Below are positions 1 through 9,200 of a stretch of 64,000 nucleotides of DNA, one piece after another; positions within the stretch are counted from its first letter, which is position 1, and every line of letters starts with the position of its first letter. The DNA is from Patescibacteria group bacterium (lineage in GTDB: Bacteria > Patescibacteriota > Microgenomatia > UBA1400 > PJMF01), in assembly GCA_016861085.1 (NCBI GenBank), contig BOKR01000001.1:1098040-1162039 (forward strand). Direction: 5' to 3'. Under the pieces are notes generated by a model. The model was not told where the DNA came from, did not search any database, and was given only the letters and a program-made list of their open reading frames with translations. Both the position numbers and the translations under genes were made by a program.

Positions 1-619
1 CATGCGATAAAGCAATAGTGACCATATTCATCCCCATTGCTTCATCGGTATCAAAAACAAAACGAATATACAGCAATTTATCTCGCATAAAAATCTCATG
101 AGAAAGAAATTGTAAATGGCTACTGGTTTCCTCACAAAACTTTGCAAAAACAGCATAATTTTGTGAAAAGTATTTTGAAAATGTAATGGCGTCTTCAATA
201 GATTGGCACTCAAACACAACAGATCTACTCATTCCAACTTTTTGCACAATGACTGTTGTTTTCCCTAAATCAAGAATTTTTAGACCTCTGTGAATTGAAG
301 CAACCAAAGCACCTTCTGTTGTAGCTAATGGGATAAGAAAAGTTTGGCTCTTTTTTTCAAGAATTGCCCCCTCATGGCTAACATAAGCAACTTTTGCAGT
401 GACTGGACCTGCAACTCCAACTGGTATTTCCACTGATCCAACAAGGTTTTCACAGTTTTTTTGCCCAGCTATATCAACAGGTAAACCAATCACAAAAAAA
501 TCTTCAAGCTCTTCTTTTTTTGTACTTGTCACAGAACACAGTAACTCCTGCCGAATTGCTACTTTTTGCTTTTCAGACGCGTCAATATCACGAATAAAAA
601 AAGATTTTTTCTGAGTCAC
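1..619 (-). CDS. hmgA: Hydroxymethylglutaryl-CoA reductase (class I type), 5' part; runs off the window edge
   Basis: Manual minus-strand translation gives NCENLVGSVEIPVGVAGPV, IPLATTEGALVAS and FDTDEAMGMNMVT, which are hallmark HMGR motifs. Probable GTG start at 619. Not in the ORF track because there is no stop in the window. Confidence 0.9.
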   Translation of the reverse strand, partial: MTQKKSFFIRDIDASEKQKVAIRQELLCSVTSTKKEELEDFFVIGLPVDIAGQKNCENLVGSVEIPVGVAGPVTAKVAYVSHEGAILEKKSQTFLIPLATTEGALVASIHRGLKILDLGKTTVIVQKVGMSRSVVFECQSIEDAITFSKYFSQNYAVFAKFCEETSSHLQFLSHEIFMRDKLLYIRFVFDTDEAMGMNMVTIALSH

Positions 620-657
620 AACACATTAGTCGCAAAACAGAACAACTTTCATGCAGA

Positions 658-1332
658 TTATTTGTTTTTTTTGAGAATTTGCTTATACGCATCAAACAAT
701 ATTGGGTTTTTAAGCATAAAAATGGTCCACGGACTTATTTGAAATTCTTTTTCGCCAATTGTTACTAAAGCTGTTGGTGTCTTTTCCTGCAGCTCACCAC
801 CCTCTATCAGTAGTGAGTTTTCTGGAGAAATATACTCTAAAACTGAAATTTGGGCGAAAAGCTTTTCAAACTCTACCCATTGGTATTCACTGACTTCTTC
901 AGGATTTGGTTGTACCACACCTTCATATAAGCCGATATACACTTGGTCTAACTCATGTTCGCCATATTCCGCATTTCCATACGCTTTGTACCCAAATTTA
1001 TATACTGGGATTAGTTGAACACCGTTTACTATGCCCAACTCAACCTTAAGTCTTCTTACTGCGCAATCAAAATATGTTTCTGTTGGCCAAACGTTTCCAC
1101 ATACGCTGTTAGCCCACCAATCGGCACCAACAATTTTCTTTTTACTTCTCTTTTGAAGTAGAGTCTGTCCTTTAGAATTAAACAACCACACTGAGATTGC
1201 TAAATGCATCTGAGACGGGTATTTATGCGCAATGTATTTATCTGCTCGCCCCACAACTGTGCCATCAAAACTACATAAAGAAACCTCGTCTTTATCTATC
1301 AGTAATTGTCGTATAGTTTTGTTGTCATCCAT
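658..1332 (-). CDS. idi: Isopentenyl-diphosphate delta-isomerase type 1 (Nudix fold)
   Basis: HLAISVWLFN, LLQKRS, WANSVCG, RRLKVELG, EHELD, PNPEEV and SPW motifs; adjacent to HMGR. Confidence 0.9.
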   Translation of the reverse strand: MDDNKTIRQLLIDKDEVSLCSFDGTVVGRADKYIAHKYPSQMHLAISVWLFNSKGQTLLQKRSKKKIVGADWWANSVCGNVWPTETYFDCAVRRLKVELGIVNGVQLIPVYKFGYKAYGNAEYGEHELDQVYIGLYEGVVQPNPEEVSEYQWVEFEKLFAQISVLEYISPENSLLIEGGELQEKTPTALVTIGEKEFQISPWTIFMLKNPILFDAYKQILKKNK

Positions 1333-1337
1333 ATCAC

Positions 1338-1676
1338 TTATCTTCTAAATACTAGAGTGAATCTAATTAATAAATACAATAATAACACCTGCCAGTAAAT
1401 ACAAAAGAACGTCACCATATTTGAAAAAAATGAAATCCAACTGCAGGCAAAAAAGCCAGTTTGGGCGCAACTAAATACAATCTGCACTGTCGGCACGAAA
1501 ACAAGTTTCCAAAAAATTGTCAAGAAACTAAGAAACAAACTAGGAAGTAATGCCATCCAAATAAAAATGTTCTGCCTCACTAAAGATTGCATTGTTTGGT
1601 ATGGGTGTAGTAACAAGCCTGTCGTTATTTGACCAAGTGAATAAATGAATGAAAATAGTATCCGTCTGAACTTCAT
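1338..1676 (-). CDS. Small membrane protein of unknown function
   Basis: 112 aa with 2-3 hydrophobic segments; 4-nt overlap with the upstream gene and 5 nt before idi. Confidence 0.7.
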   Translation of the reverse strand: MKFRRILFSFIYSLGQITTGLLLHPYQTMQSLVRQNIFIWMALLPSLFLSFLTIFWKLVFVPTVQIVFSCAQTGFFACSWISFFSNMVTFFCIYWQVLLLYLLIRFTLVFRR

Positions 1677-1858
1677 ACTCTTTTTACCAGTTCGACAATA
1701 ATTGCTGAGAGTACAGATAAAACACTCAAGACAACAAATGTATGTTCGCCAATAAATGAGGTAAGTGGGTCGAACGGCTGAGGAATAATTCTTGAGCTAT
1801 ACAATTTTTGCTGCTGTTTAGCTTCGTTTTGTAATTGTTTCAAAAAATCATTAGTCAT
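1673..1858 (-). CDS. Small single-TM protein, possible anti-sigma factor
   Basis: ATG at 1858 (MTNDFLKQ...) directly after the sigma factor stop; C-terminal hydrophobic helix. Anti-sigma role is inferred from position only. Confidence 0.55.
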   Translation of the reverse strand: MTNDFLKQLQNEAKQQQKLYSSRIIPQPFDPLTSFIGEHTFVVLSVLSVLSAIIVELVKRV

Positions 1859-1860
1859 AC

Positions 1861-2385
1861 TCAAACCATTACCCACAATTCTTTAAATTCTTTTCTCGCT
1901 CGAAACAGATCTGATTCTACTGATTTAACACTTTTTTGTAATTCTATTGCTATATCGATCACTTTTTTATTATCAGCATACTTTAAGAGGAGAAGCTCGC
2001 TATAGTACTTTCTCATTTTCGATAAGACAACAGTGACCTTTTGCGAAACCTCATCACTATCAGAAATTTGATTTAATGGAAGCAACTCTGATAAAGGAAT
2101 TGTTTGCAAGGCTTTTTTAGCATACTTTTTTCTAAAATAATCTGCTACCTCATGACGAGCAATTGAATTCATCCACGTCCAAATACTAGATTTGCCTAAA
2201 AACAGAGGTAAATGCTTTAGACAGTTCAAAAAAGTCTGCTGAACAATCTCTTCAGCATCTTTTCTATTTGAAACTTTATACTCAATAACTCTCAGTAACC
2301 GAGCGGAATAGGTATTAAACCAGACTTTAACTGCGTGTTCACTACCAGTTTTTAATTCTTTAATAAGTTGTTGTTCATCTAGCAT
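1861..2385 (-). CDS. ECF-type RNA polymerase sigma-70 factor
   Basis: Region 2 DAEEIVQQTF...TWMNSIARH...DYFRK and region 4 DIAIELQKSVKSVESDLFRARK; 174 aa. Confidence 0.9.
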   Translation of the reverse strand: MLDEQQLIKELKTGSEHAVKVWFNTYSARLLRVIEYKVSNRKDAEEIVQQTFLNCLKHLPLFLGKSSIWTWMNSIARHEVADYFRKKYAKKALQTIPLSELLPLNQISDSDEVSQKVTVVLSKMRKYYSELLLLKYADNKKVIDIAIELQKSVKSVESDLFRARKEFKELWVMV

Positions 2386-2474
2386 TCCTCACTATTGTAC
2401 AACAAATTATTGGTTCCCAGGGAAACTTACATACTTTTCATCAAGTATCGCCTACTATATAATAGTACTACCTT

Positions 2475-2855
2475 ATGTTTTTTGGATTAGTACCAACCGC
2501 TTATGCTCAGGCTGAAGTTAATGAAAGTCCCTGTGGCGCCGGCACTGGAGGTATTGATCTCGGAAACTGTCTGCGACTCTCAGATAGCACTAAAGTCAGC
2601 GACGTATATGATACTCCCGCGTTCTTAGTCAATTTATTCGTAAGCAATATTTTTGTTATTGCAGGTATTGTCTTCTTTCTTATTGTCATTGTTGCAGGAT
2701 TTAAATTTATTATGGGCGGACAAAAAGGCGCTGAAGACGCAAAAGGTATCTTCCAGGCAGCATTAACTGGTTTTATCATCATGTTTGCAGCATATTGGAT
2801 TATTCAAATTGTCGCCTTGTTGACCGGCATACAAATACCTGGAGTAAGCGAATAA
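2475..2855 (+). CDS. VirB2/TrbC-like pilin (array member 1)
   Basis: AYAQ signal-peptide end; two TM helices separated by a GG...A..K loop, the CPR T4SS-pilin pattern. Confidence 0.75.
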   Translation: MFFGLVPTAYAQAEVNESPCGAGTGGIDLGNCLRLSDSTKVSDVYDTPAFLVNLFVSNIFVIAGIVFFLIVIVAGFKFIMGGQKGAEDAKGIFQAALTGFIIMFAAYWIIQIVALLTGIQIPGVSE

Positions 2856-2856
2856 T

Positions 2857-3240
2857 ATGTCACTCTTTTCTTTCCCTAAAGTCTATGCTCAAACACCAGA
2901 AGAATTGGTTGGAGACATTGCAATCCCAAAGGGTGTTGACCTCATTAATCAAGACGCAGGTGGCATTGGGGTTGTTTTATTCATCTCTAATATGATCCGA
3001 CTTATTATTATTCTAGGAGGAGTGTGGGCACTTTTGAATATTATTCTTGCTGCATTTGCGTACCTTACTGGGGGCGGAAAACCAGACACACATAGTAAAG
3101 TCAGTAGTCGGTTCACCATGAGTGTTATTGGCTTGTTATTAATGATTGTTTCATACAGTATTGCAGCACTCATCGGTTTACTATTCTACGGAGAAGCATC
3201 ATATATCCTTACACCAACAATAACACCAATTGGTGGATAA
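2857..3240 (+). CDS. VirB2/TrbC-like pilin (array member 2)
   Basis: VYAQ end; TM-YLTGGG-loop-TM; homologous to 3246..3827. Confidence 0.75.
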   Translation: MSLFSFPKVYAQTPEELVGDIAIPKGVDLINQDAGGIGVVLFISNMIRLIIILGGVWALLNIILAAFAYLTGGGKPDTHSKVSSRFTMSVIGLLLMIVSYSIAALIGLLFYGEASYILTPTITPIGG

Positions 3241-3245
3241 CAGAT

Positions 3246-3827
3246 ATGAAAGTATTTTTAATAAAAGCAATCAGACAGATCATCTTAAGTATTTTTACTG
3301 TGTTAATTTTTGCAGGTGTACTATTTTCCCCTCAGCTTTCTATTACAAAACAAACTTTTGCAGCAGACGGGTGTGCATATGCAGGACACTGCATAAATAA
3401 CAAAAAATGTGTTTGCCCTATCCCTGGTTATTATGACTGCAGATATAGTCCCCAAGCTTTGGTTTTAGGTGAAGAGCCTTGCGGTTCTGCAATTATTGGT
3501 GGTGTTGAACCTCCAGCTGCAGTTGGAGCTATCAATGCTGCATCAGGTGGTGACATTGGTTTGATTTTTTTCATTTCTCGAGCAATTGGTTTTGCTAATA
3601 TTGTTGCAGGAATTCTAGTAATGATTAACTTTGTTGTCGCAGGATTTTTGTATGTGACTGGGGCCGGTAACCCTAGCAATATGGCTAAGATTAATGAACG
3701 GATGCTCTGGAGTTTTGTTGGTATATTAATAATAGTTGGTTCTTATTCTCTGGCTGCCTTGTTTGGCTTAATATTTTATGGAGATCCGACTTTTATCATT
3801 ACTCCAACATTAACAGGAGCAGTTTAA
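3246..3827 (+). CDS. VirB2/TrbC-like pilin (array member 3) with Cys-rich N-terminal domain
   Basis: Signal peptide ending TFAA, six Cys in the mature N-terminus, then the TM-YVTGAG-TM pilin core. Confidence 0.75.
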   Translation: MKVFLIKAIRQIILSIFTVLIFAGVLFSPQLSITKQTFAADGCAYAGHCINNKKCVCPIPGYYDCRYSPQALVLGEEPCGSAIIGGVEPPAAVGAINAASGGDIGLIFFISRAIGFANIVAGILVMINFVVAGFLYVTGAGNPSNMAKINERMLWSFVGILIIVGSYSLAALFGLIFYGDPTFIITPTLTGAV

Positions 3828-3863
3828 TAAATACTTGGTATAATAAAGAAAAGAAAAGTCAGT

Positions 3864-4235
3864 ATGTTACTACCAACACTCATTGCACAACAATTTGGAA
3901 GTTTTAAACCAACCTCACCTCTCGTCGAGGGCGCTGAAGAAAATCCGGGAGCAAACTTAGAAGCAATTATTTCAAATGTACTTGGGGTTTTAACAATTGT
4001 TGGTGGAATTTTCTTCATTATTTATTTTATGGTGGCATCCTTTGAGTGGATTACAGCTGGCGGTGATGCTGGAAAACTTACTACTGCGCGAAATAAAATG
4101 ATGCAAGGAGTTTTAGGACTCATTGTATTGGTCGCAGCGTATGGAATTATTGGTCTTATTGGTAGCTTAGTTGGAATAGAGTTACTTAAACCAGCTGAAC
4201 TGCTTGAAAGTGTCACACCTGGTACGGGAACCTAA
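3864..4235 (+). CDS. VirB2/TrbC-like pilin (array member 4)
   Basis: EWITAGGDAGKLTTARNKM motif between two TM helices. Confidence 0.8.
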   Translation: MLLPTLIAQQFGSFKPTSPLVEGAEENPGANLEAIISNVLGVLTIVGGIFFIIYFMVASFEWITAGGDAGKLTTARNKMMQGVLGLIVLVAAYGIIGLIGSLVGIELLKPAELLESVTPGTGT

Positions 4236-4237
4236 TT

Positions 4238-4660
4238 ATGAAATACCTTTCAAAAAAAATTACTACAGTTTTAACAGCACTTGGATTATTTTTATCAAAA
4301 ATTGTTTTCGTTCATGCCCAAATCAAAAATCCTGTAACAGGAGAACTAGGTGCAGATGCAGAAGAAGCTGCTTCAGGAGAAATTTTTGTGAGTTATTTTG
4401 TTACTTTATGGAATGCCTTCATTACCATTGGCGCAATAGCTGTTTTAATCATGTTCCTCTGGGGGGCACTTGAATGGATTACCGCCGGTGGTGAAGCCAG
4501 TAAAATTGAGAAAGCTCGTAATAGAATTATGCAGTCTTTCTTAGGTTTGCTCATTTTAGTTAGCTCATTTGTAATTATTGGTTTTGTCAGTCAATTATTC
4601 TTTGGTGAGGAATTTTCTATCCTTAACTTAACATTTACACAGGTTGGAGGTGAAGAATGA
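4238..4660 (+). CDS. VirB2/TrbC-like pilin (array member 5)
   Basis: VHAQ signal end; EWITAGGEASKIEKARNRI motif. Confidence 0.8.
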   Translation: MKYLSKKITTVLTALGLFLSKIVFVHAQIKNPVTGELGADAEEAASGEIFVSYFVTLWNAFITIGAIAVLIMFLWGALEWITAGGEASKIEKARNRIMQSFLGLLILVSSFVIIGFVSQLFFGEEFSILNLTFTQVGGEE

Positions 4661-5178
4661 AACAACTTTTTTTGACATTTTTACTTTTGCTTTCAATTGA
4701 AGTTGGTGTAGTAACACAAAAAGTACAACTCACTTCCACTGTTTATGCTCAAGAGCCAATTGAGCTCAACTTTGGAGATGTTGCCGATGAACGGGAGATT
4801 ATTGGTACAGATCTATACGAACCAGATGATGGTGAAGCTGGTTTTGGTGCGTTAATTGGTCGAATATTAACAATAGTAGTCACAATTGCTTCTATTATGG
4901 TGTTAATCATGTTCCTCTGGGGTGGTCTAGAATGGATTACTGCTGGTGGAGATAAAAGTAAAATTGAAAAAGCTCGTAATAGAATTACACAATCCTTTAT
5001 TGGAATGATTGTATTAGCTGCCATGCTTGCTTTGTTTATGCTTTTACAACTTTTCCTTGACTTTGAAGTATTTACCTTTGGTGGAGGTTCTTCTAACACA
5101 TCCACACCTCCAAGTGTTCCTGGAAATCCTAGCCAACCTGGCTGGCCTGGAGCTCCTGGAGGAAACATACCTTTATAG
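4657..5178 (+). CDS. VirB2/TrbC-like pilin (array member 6) with Pro/Gly-rich tail
   Basis: VYAQ end; EWITAGGDKSKIEKARNRI motif. Confidence 0.8.
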   Translation: MKQLFLTFLLLLSIEVGVVTQKVQLTSTVYAQEPIELNFGDVADEREIIGTDLYEPDDGEAGFGALIGRILTIVVTIASIMVLIMFLWGGLEWITAGGDKSKIEKARNRITQSFIGMIVLAAMLALFMLLQLFLDFEVFTFGGGSSNTSTPPSVPGNPSQPGWPGAPGGNIPL

Positions 5179-5190
5179 TAAAAAGTAAAC

Positions 5191-5220
5191 TTGACGTTCT
5201 GTCTCAAGCACAGGTATAAT
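5191..5220 (+). promoter_or_regulatory. sigma70 promoter for pilin 7
   Basis: TTGACG (5191-5196), 18-nt spacer, TATAAT (5215-5220); AAGGA before the ATG at 5269. Confidence 0.7.
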
Positions 5221-5268
5221 TAGTAATAAGTAGTCAGTAATTAGCTGAAAAATAAAAAAGGAACACAT

Positions 5269-5637
5269 ATGAGAAACAAACTCAACGGTTTAGCTCTAAC
5301 AGCAGCCGCATTTGTAACATCAGCTCCAGCAGTATTTGCACAAATTCAAGTTGAAGAACCAGATTCATTCTTCTTTTCTGATATTGGTACACTGATTAAT
5401 AAAGCACTTAACTTTGTTATGGTACTTGGTGCTCTTTTGGTCTTCATGTACCTCATCTGGGGTGGAATTGAATGGATTACTTCTGGTGGTGACAAGGGTA
5501 AGACTGAGAGTGCTAGAAACAAGATTACCGCTGCAGTTCTTGGTTTGATCGTCCTTGCTGCATCTTGGGCAATTCTTGGCCTCGTCCTTAACTTCTTAGG
5601 CGCAGGTTCATTAAATGATGTCTTAGATAACATTTAA
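5269..5637 (+). CDS. VirB2/TrbC-like pilin (array member 7; probable major subunit)
   Basis: Signal peptide ending AVFAQ; EWITSGGDKGKTESARNKI motif; has its own promoter and terminator. Confidence 0.85.
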   Translation: MRNKLNGLALTAAAFVTSAPAVFAQIQVEEPDSFFFSDIGTLINKALNFVMVLGALLVFMYLIWGGIEWITSGGDKGKTESARNKITAAVLGLIVLAASWAILGLVLNFLGAGSLNDVLDNI

Positions 5638-5654
5638 TACAGATTAGTTTTTTG

Positions 5655-5686
5655 AAAAGCCCCTCATTTATGTGAGGGGCTTTTTT
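5655..5686 (+). terminator. Intrinsic terminator
   Basis: AAAAGCCCCTCA-TTTATG-TGAGGGGCTTTTTT: GC stem followed by a T tract. Confidence 0.85.
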
Positions 5687-5752
5687 ATTGATTTGTTAAA
5701 GGGGTGTGCTCCTTCGTCACTCCTAAAAAATCAATGTTATAATTAATTCATC

Positions 5753-6190
5753 ATGACTGGAAAAAACTATTTCTCTAAACTTGAAAAAATTTTTATTGCT
5801 GGTGTTGCTTACTTATATTCAACTTCAACAGCATTTGCTCAAACTACTGCCTGGTCTGGTGTGTGTGTAGGTGGAGTTGATAATGACGTTGCAACTATCC
5901 AAGGTCTTGAGTGTTTGATTGCAAATGTTTTCACCGTCATAATTACATTAATTGGTTTAGCAGCATTTGTGATGCTTATTGTAGGGTCTGTGCGCTGGTT
6001 AGTCTCTGGAGGTAATTCCTCTAATATAGATAAAGCCCGAAGCACTATGACCTATGCGGTGATTGGAATTGTTGTTGCACTTAGTGCATTTATTGTGCTC
6101 AATTTAATTGCTGGATTTACTGGTGTTGAAACAATCAAAACATTTACCATTCCTACTTCAGAAGATGTTGAACCACCTCCAAGTCCGTAA
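5753..6190 (+). CDS. VirB2/TrbC-like pilin (array member 8)
   Basis: AFAQ end; RWLVSGGNSSNIDKARSTM between TM helices; a Cys pair. Confidence 0.8.
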   Translation: MTGKNYFSKLEKIFIAGVAYLYSTSTAFAQTTAWSGVCVGGVDNDVATIQGLECLIANVFTVIITLIGLAAFVMLIVGSVRWLVSGGNSSNIDKARSTMTYAVIGIVVALSAFIVLNLIAGFTGVETIKTFTIPTSEDVEPPPSP

Positions 6191-6244
6191 TTTTTGAATC
6201 AAAGTCAGCCTGTAAAATTATAGTTTGCAAGATATAATAGTGTT

Positions 6245-9200
6245 GTGCACAAAAAAGTACTGAGACTTCTGGTTCTACAGGTATTGTTTTTGTTGGTCTC
6301 ACTTGCAAAATTTGCAACACCAACCCATACTTTTGCGTCCGAGTTAATTGGTACTCACCTGGGTGAAGGTGATGTTGGGTATCAAGTCAACATCATCAAT
6401 ACAATCCTCATTCCTAATGGTTTAGAACCAGGAAGCCCAGTGACAGTCATGGTGCCTGTCACAATGCTACAGTCAAGCCAACAAGGATCAGTGCAACAAC
6501 TGGCAGCTGTTGTAGCTGGTGGTGGATTTTTTCCTATAGTTAGAATTAATGGAGTTTGTGAAGATTTTACTTCAGAAACAGGGCTAGATGCAGGGCAAGC
6601 AGTTGACCTTGCTCGAAATATTTTTGGTTCACAAGCATTGATTGTCTGGGGAAATGAAATTAATAATAAAGAAAACGAATGCCGCAATTGGTCAAAATAT
6701 GTAAGTGATTGGGCAAAAATTAGTGGGAAATCAAACGTCAGTCCAGCTGCTCTTGATTATTATATGGGACTGGATGCCTATAAAGTTTCTACTATGTTTG
6801 CCGAAACTCCTGGGATGGCAGCAATATTTAATACTGCACCAAGAGCTGCAAATGCGTACGGTTGTATTGGCCAAACAGCAGAAAGTTGCGAACCACTTGA
6901 AACAGTCACTCAACAAATTGGATATGAAGCTATTAATGGGACTCTCTTCCTTACAGAGTTTTCACTTTCTCCTGGAGGGAGTGCTCCAAATGCCCCAGAC
7001 ACCAATATTCAAAAAGTTTTAGAATTTATAGCGAGTAGAGCCGGTGAGACTCCCGCTGTAAAAGTCACCCCCCTTGTCAGGAATGTTTGTAACAATGAGA
7101 GTGACTGGTTACTTTACATTAATGGTAAATTATTTACTCCTCAAGGTACCGAAGTTTCTGAAAACTGCGAAGGAAGATCTGCAGACTCTAGTTATGATTT
7201 GAGCATTTATCCTGAGTATGATGTTGATGAAACCAAATTTTTCCTTTCCCCCATCAGAAACGTTATTGACTCAGGAAGCCTCCAGAGAACTACTGAAAAA
7301 TTAAGAAAAGAACTCGCACTACAAGGATATCAAGCATACTGTGCAACTGAGGGAGTTAAAATTGAACCTGAATATAACACTCAAGAAAAAATTAATCGGT
7401 ATTTTCTTCCAGAAAATTATAAAGGAGTTCAAATACTTGAGTTAGATGCAGTCGAAACCCTCAATATGACCAATGCTCAATACCCATTATGGAGAGATGT
7501 GAGTAACAAGCAATTTTTGCTTACCTCTCTTGAGGAATATTTTGGCTTTCGCGATGTGTACGTTTCCAACCCAGCCGATGCAGTACTAAACAGTTCCCCT
7601 ATCAACTCACTTCTTTCTGAGCCACAACTTTGTATGCAAGGGTGGAGAAATTTAGTAGCCCAAGAACTAGCTTGTGAGAGATTACAAAACCCTGGTGAAT
7701 GCGAACTTTTTACCAGACCAATCCCCAACTCGGCAATACCATACAATCCAGGTGTTGGCCCAGAGCTGTCACAGCAACAACAAAATATAGCTCCTCTTCC
7801 AACTGAAACGGAATTTACAGTCAAAACCTTACTTGATAAGTTAAAAGAATATGAGCCTGCATATAGAGATGGTACTGCAAAAGTTGGCTGTGAAGCCCTG
7901 ACGACAACTGATAGAGCCAGCAATGAGGCACTTTTACAAGGCCTTATGAACACCCCAACATATTTTGACAGAGCCTACAGATACGGATTTCTTGTTGCAG
8001 CAATCCATGCTAAAGATCCTGGCACAGATGAAGGTAATATTGCTACAAAACTATTTAATTTCTTCACCAAGAGAACTAGAACTCTTACTCCAGATGACGA
8101 AGTCTTGGTAGCCGCCTTTAAAATCCCAGATATTGGAACAAATAAAGGTGGTGGAGATGATACCGGTTCTCAATTTTGGTCTGATCCACTTGATTTAACT
8201 AGACAATTACTATTTAAAAACAAAGATAATAAAACCCATGAAGATGTAGATAGACCAAATAAGAGACAAACTATATTAGACCGAGCTGTTGGAGCAGCAA
8301 CACAAAATTCGGGAAGTAAAATTTATTGTGTGGATGGAAATAAAGCAACGGTCTCTTGTCAGAATGAGTTAACAAAAGCATTAACAGATATTATTAACGG
8401 AAATGTAGAAGGTTGTGGTGAGGCTGAAGCTGTAAACGTGATAAAAGACCTTGCTGGACTTGATAATCCTGCAGAGAAATATGGGAAAGCATTTAATAGC
8501 GATAATGGTCAACAAGTTATGCTTAACTTATTCTTTAAAGACCTTACTCACCCACCTCTTGGGGGCAATGGCCAAACAAATCCACAAATAGCAAAGACTG
8601 ATGATCCTGCGGAAAAATTACAATCATTATTTACTATTTCTGAAGATACCTGGCCTCCTGCAGTTGATTCAACTACTGTAGACTTTTATATTGTGTATCC
8701 AATGGGTTTCGAGCTTGATGCAGTTGAAAAAGCAATGAAGAGTGCGTTCTTTACCAAGGCTCAATTAGCCGCTTTAGAGACTGGGAATACTGTGGGAGGG
8801 TTTGAAATGACTGGACAAGCAATTGGTCTTGATGCTGGGTCTGTAGGTTTTAATTATGTTGACGAAATAAAGACGGCAAATGGAGAATGCGGTACTGAAG
8901 TAGCTACTTCAGGTGCTGTTACAAACAAACCTTGCGAAGAAGAGGTCACTATTGGGGTTAAACAGGAAAGTGCTGGAGTTGGAATACTTGGTGCTGAATT
9001 GGGATATTGGATGAGAAAAATTCAACTTCAACTCAACTCTCGCGCCTCAGAAGCATGGGCATACTTTGATTCGTGTAAAACAACAGAAGAATTTTTGCTA
9101 GGTCAATGTACTGGTGGAAATATAACTGGAAATGAAGGCGATGATGCACCACCAGTTACTGGTGATGCACTGGAGTCAGTTGCTCAATGTGATGGTGGAC

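Noticed and set aside
28-614. ORF-track entries 28..219 (-) and 399..614 (+)
   Set aside because: Both overlap the real HMG-CoA reductase frame, which the track missed because it runs off the window.
2507-6045. Minus-strand ORFs across the pilin array
   Set aside because: Antisense shadows of hydrophobic pilin genes with no independent signals.
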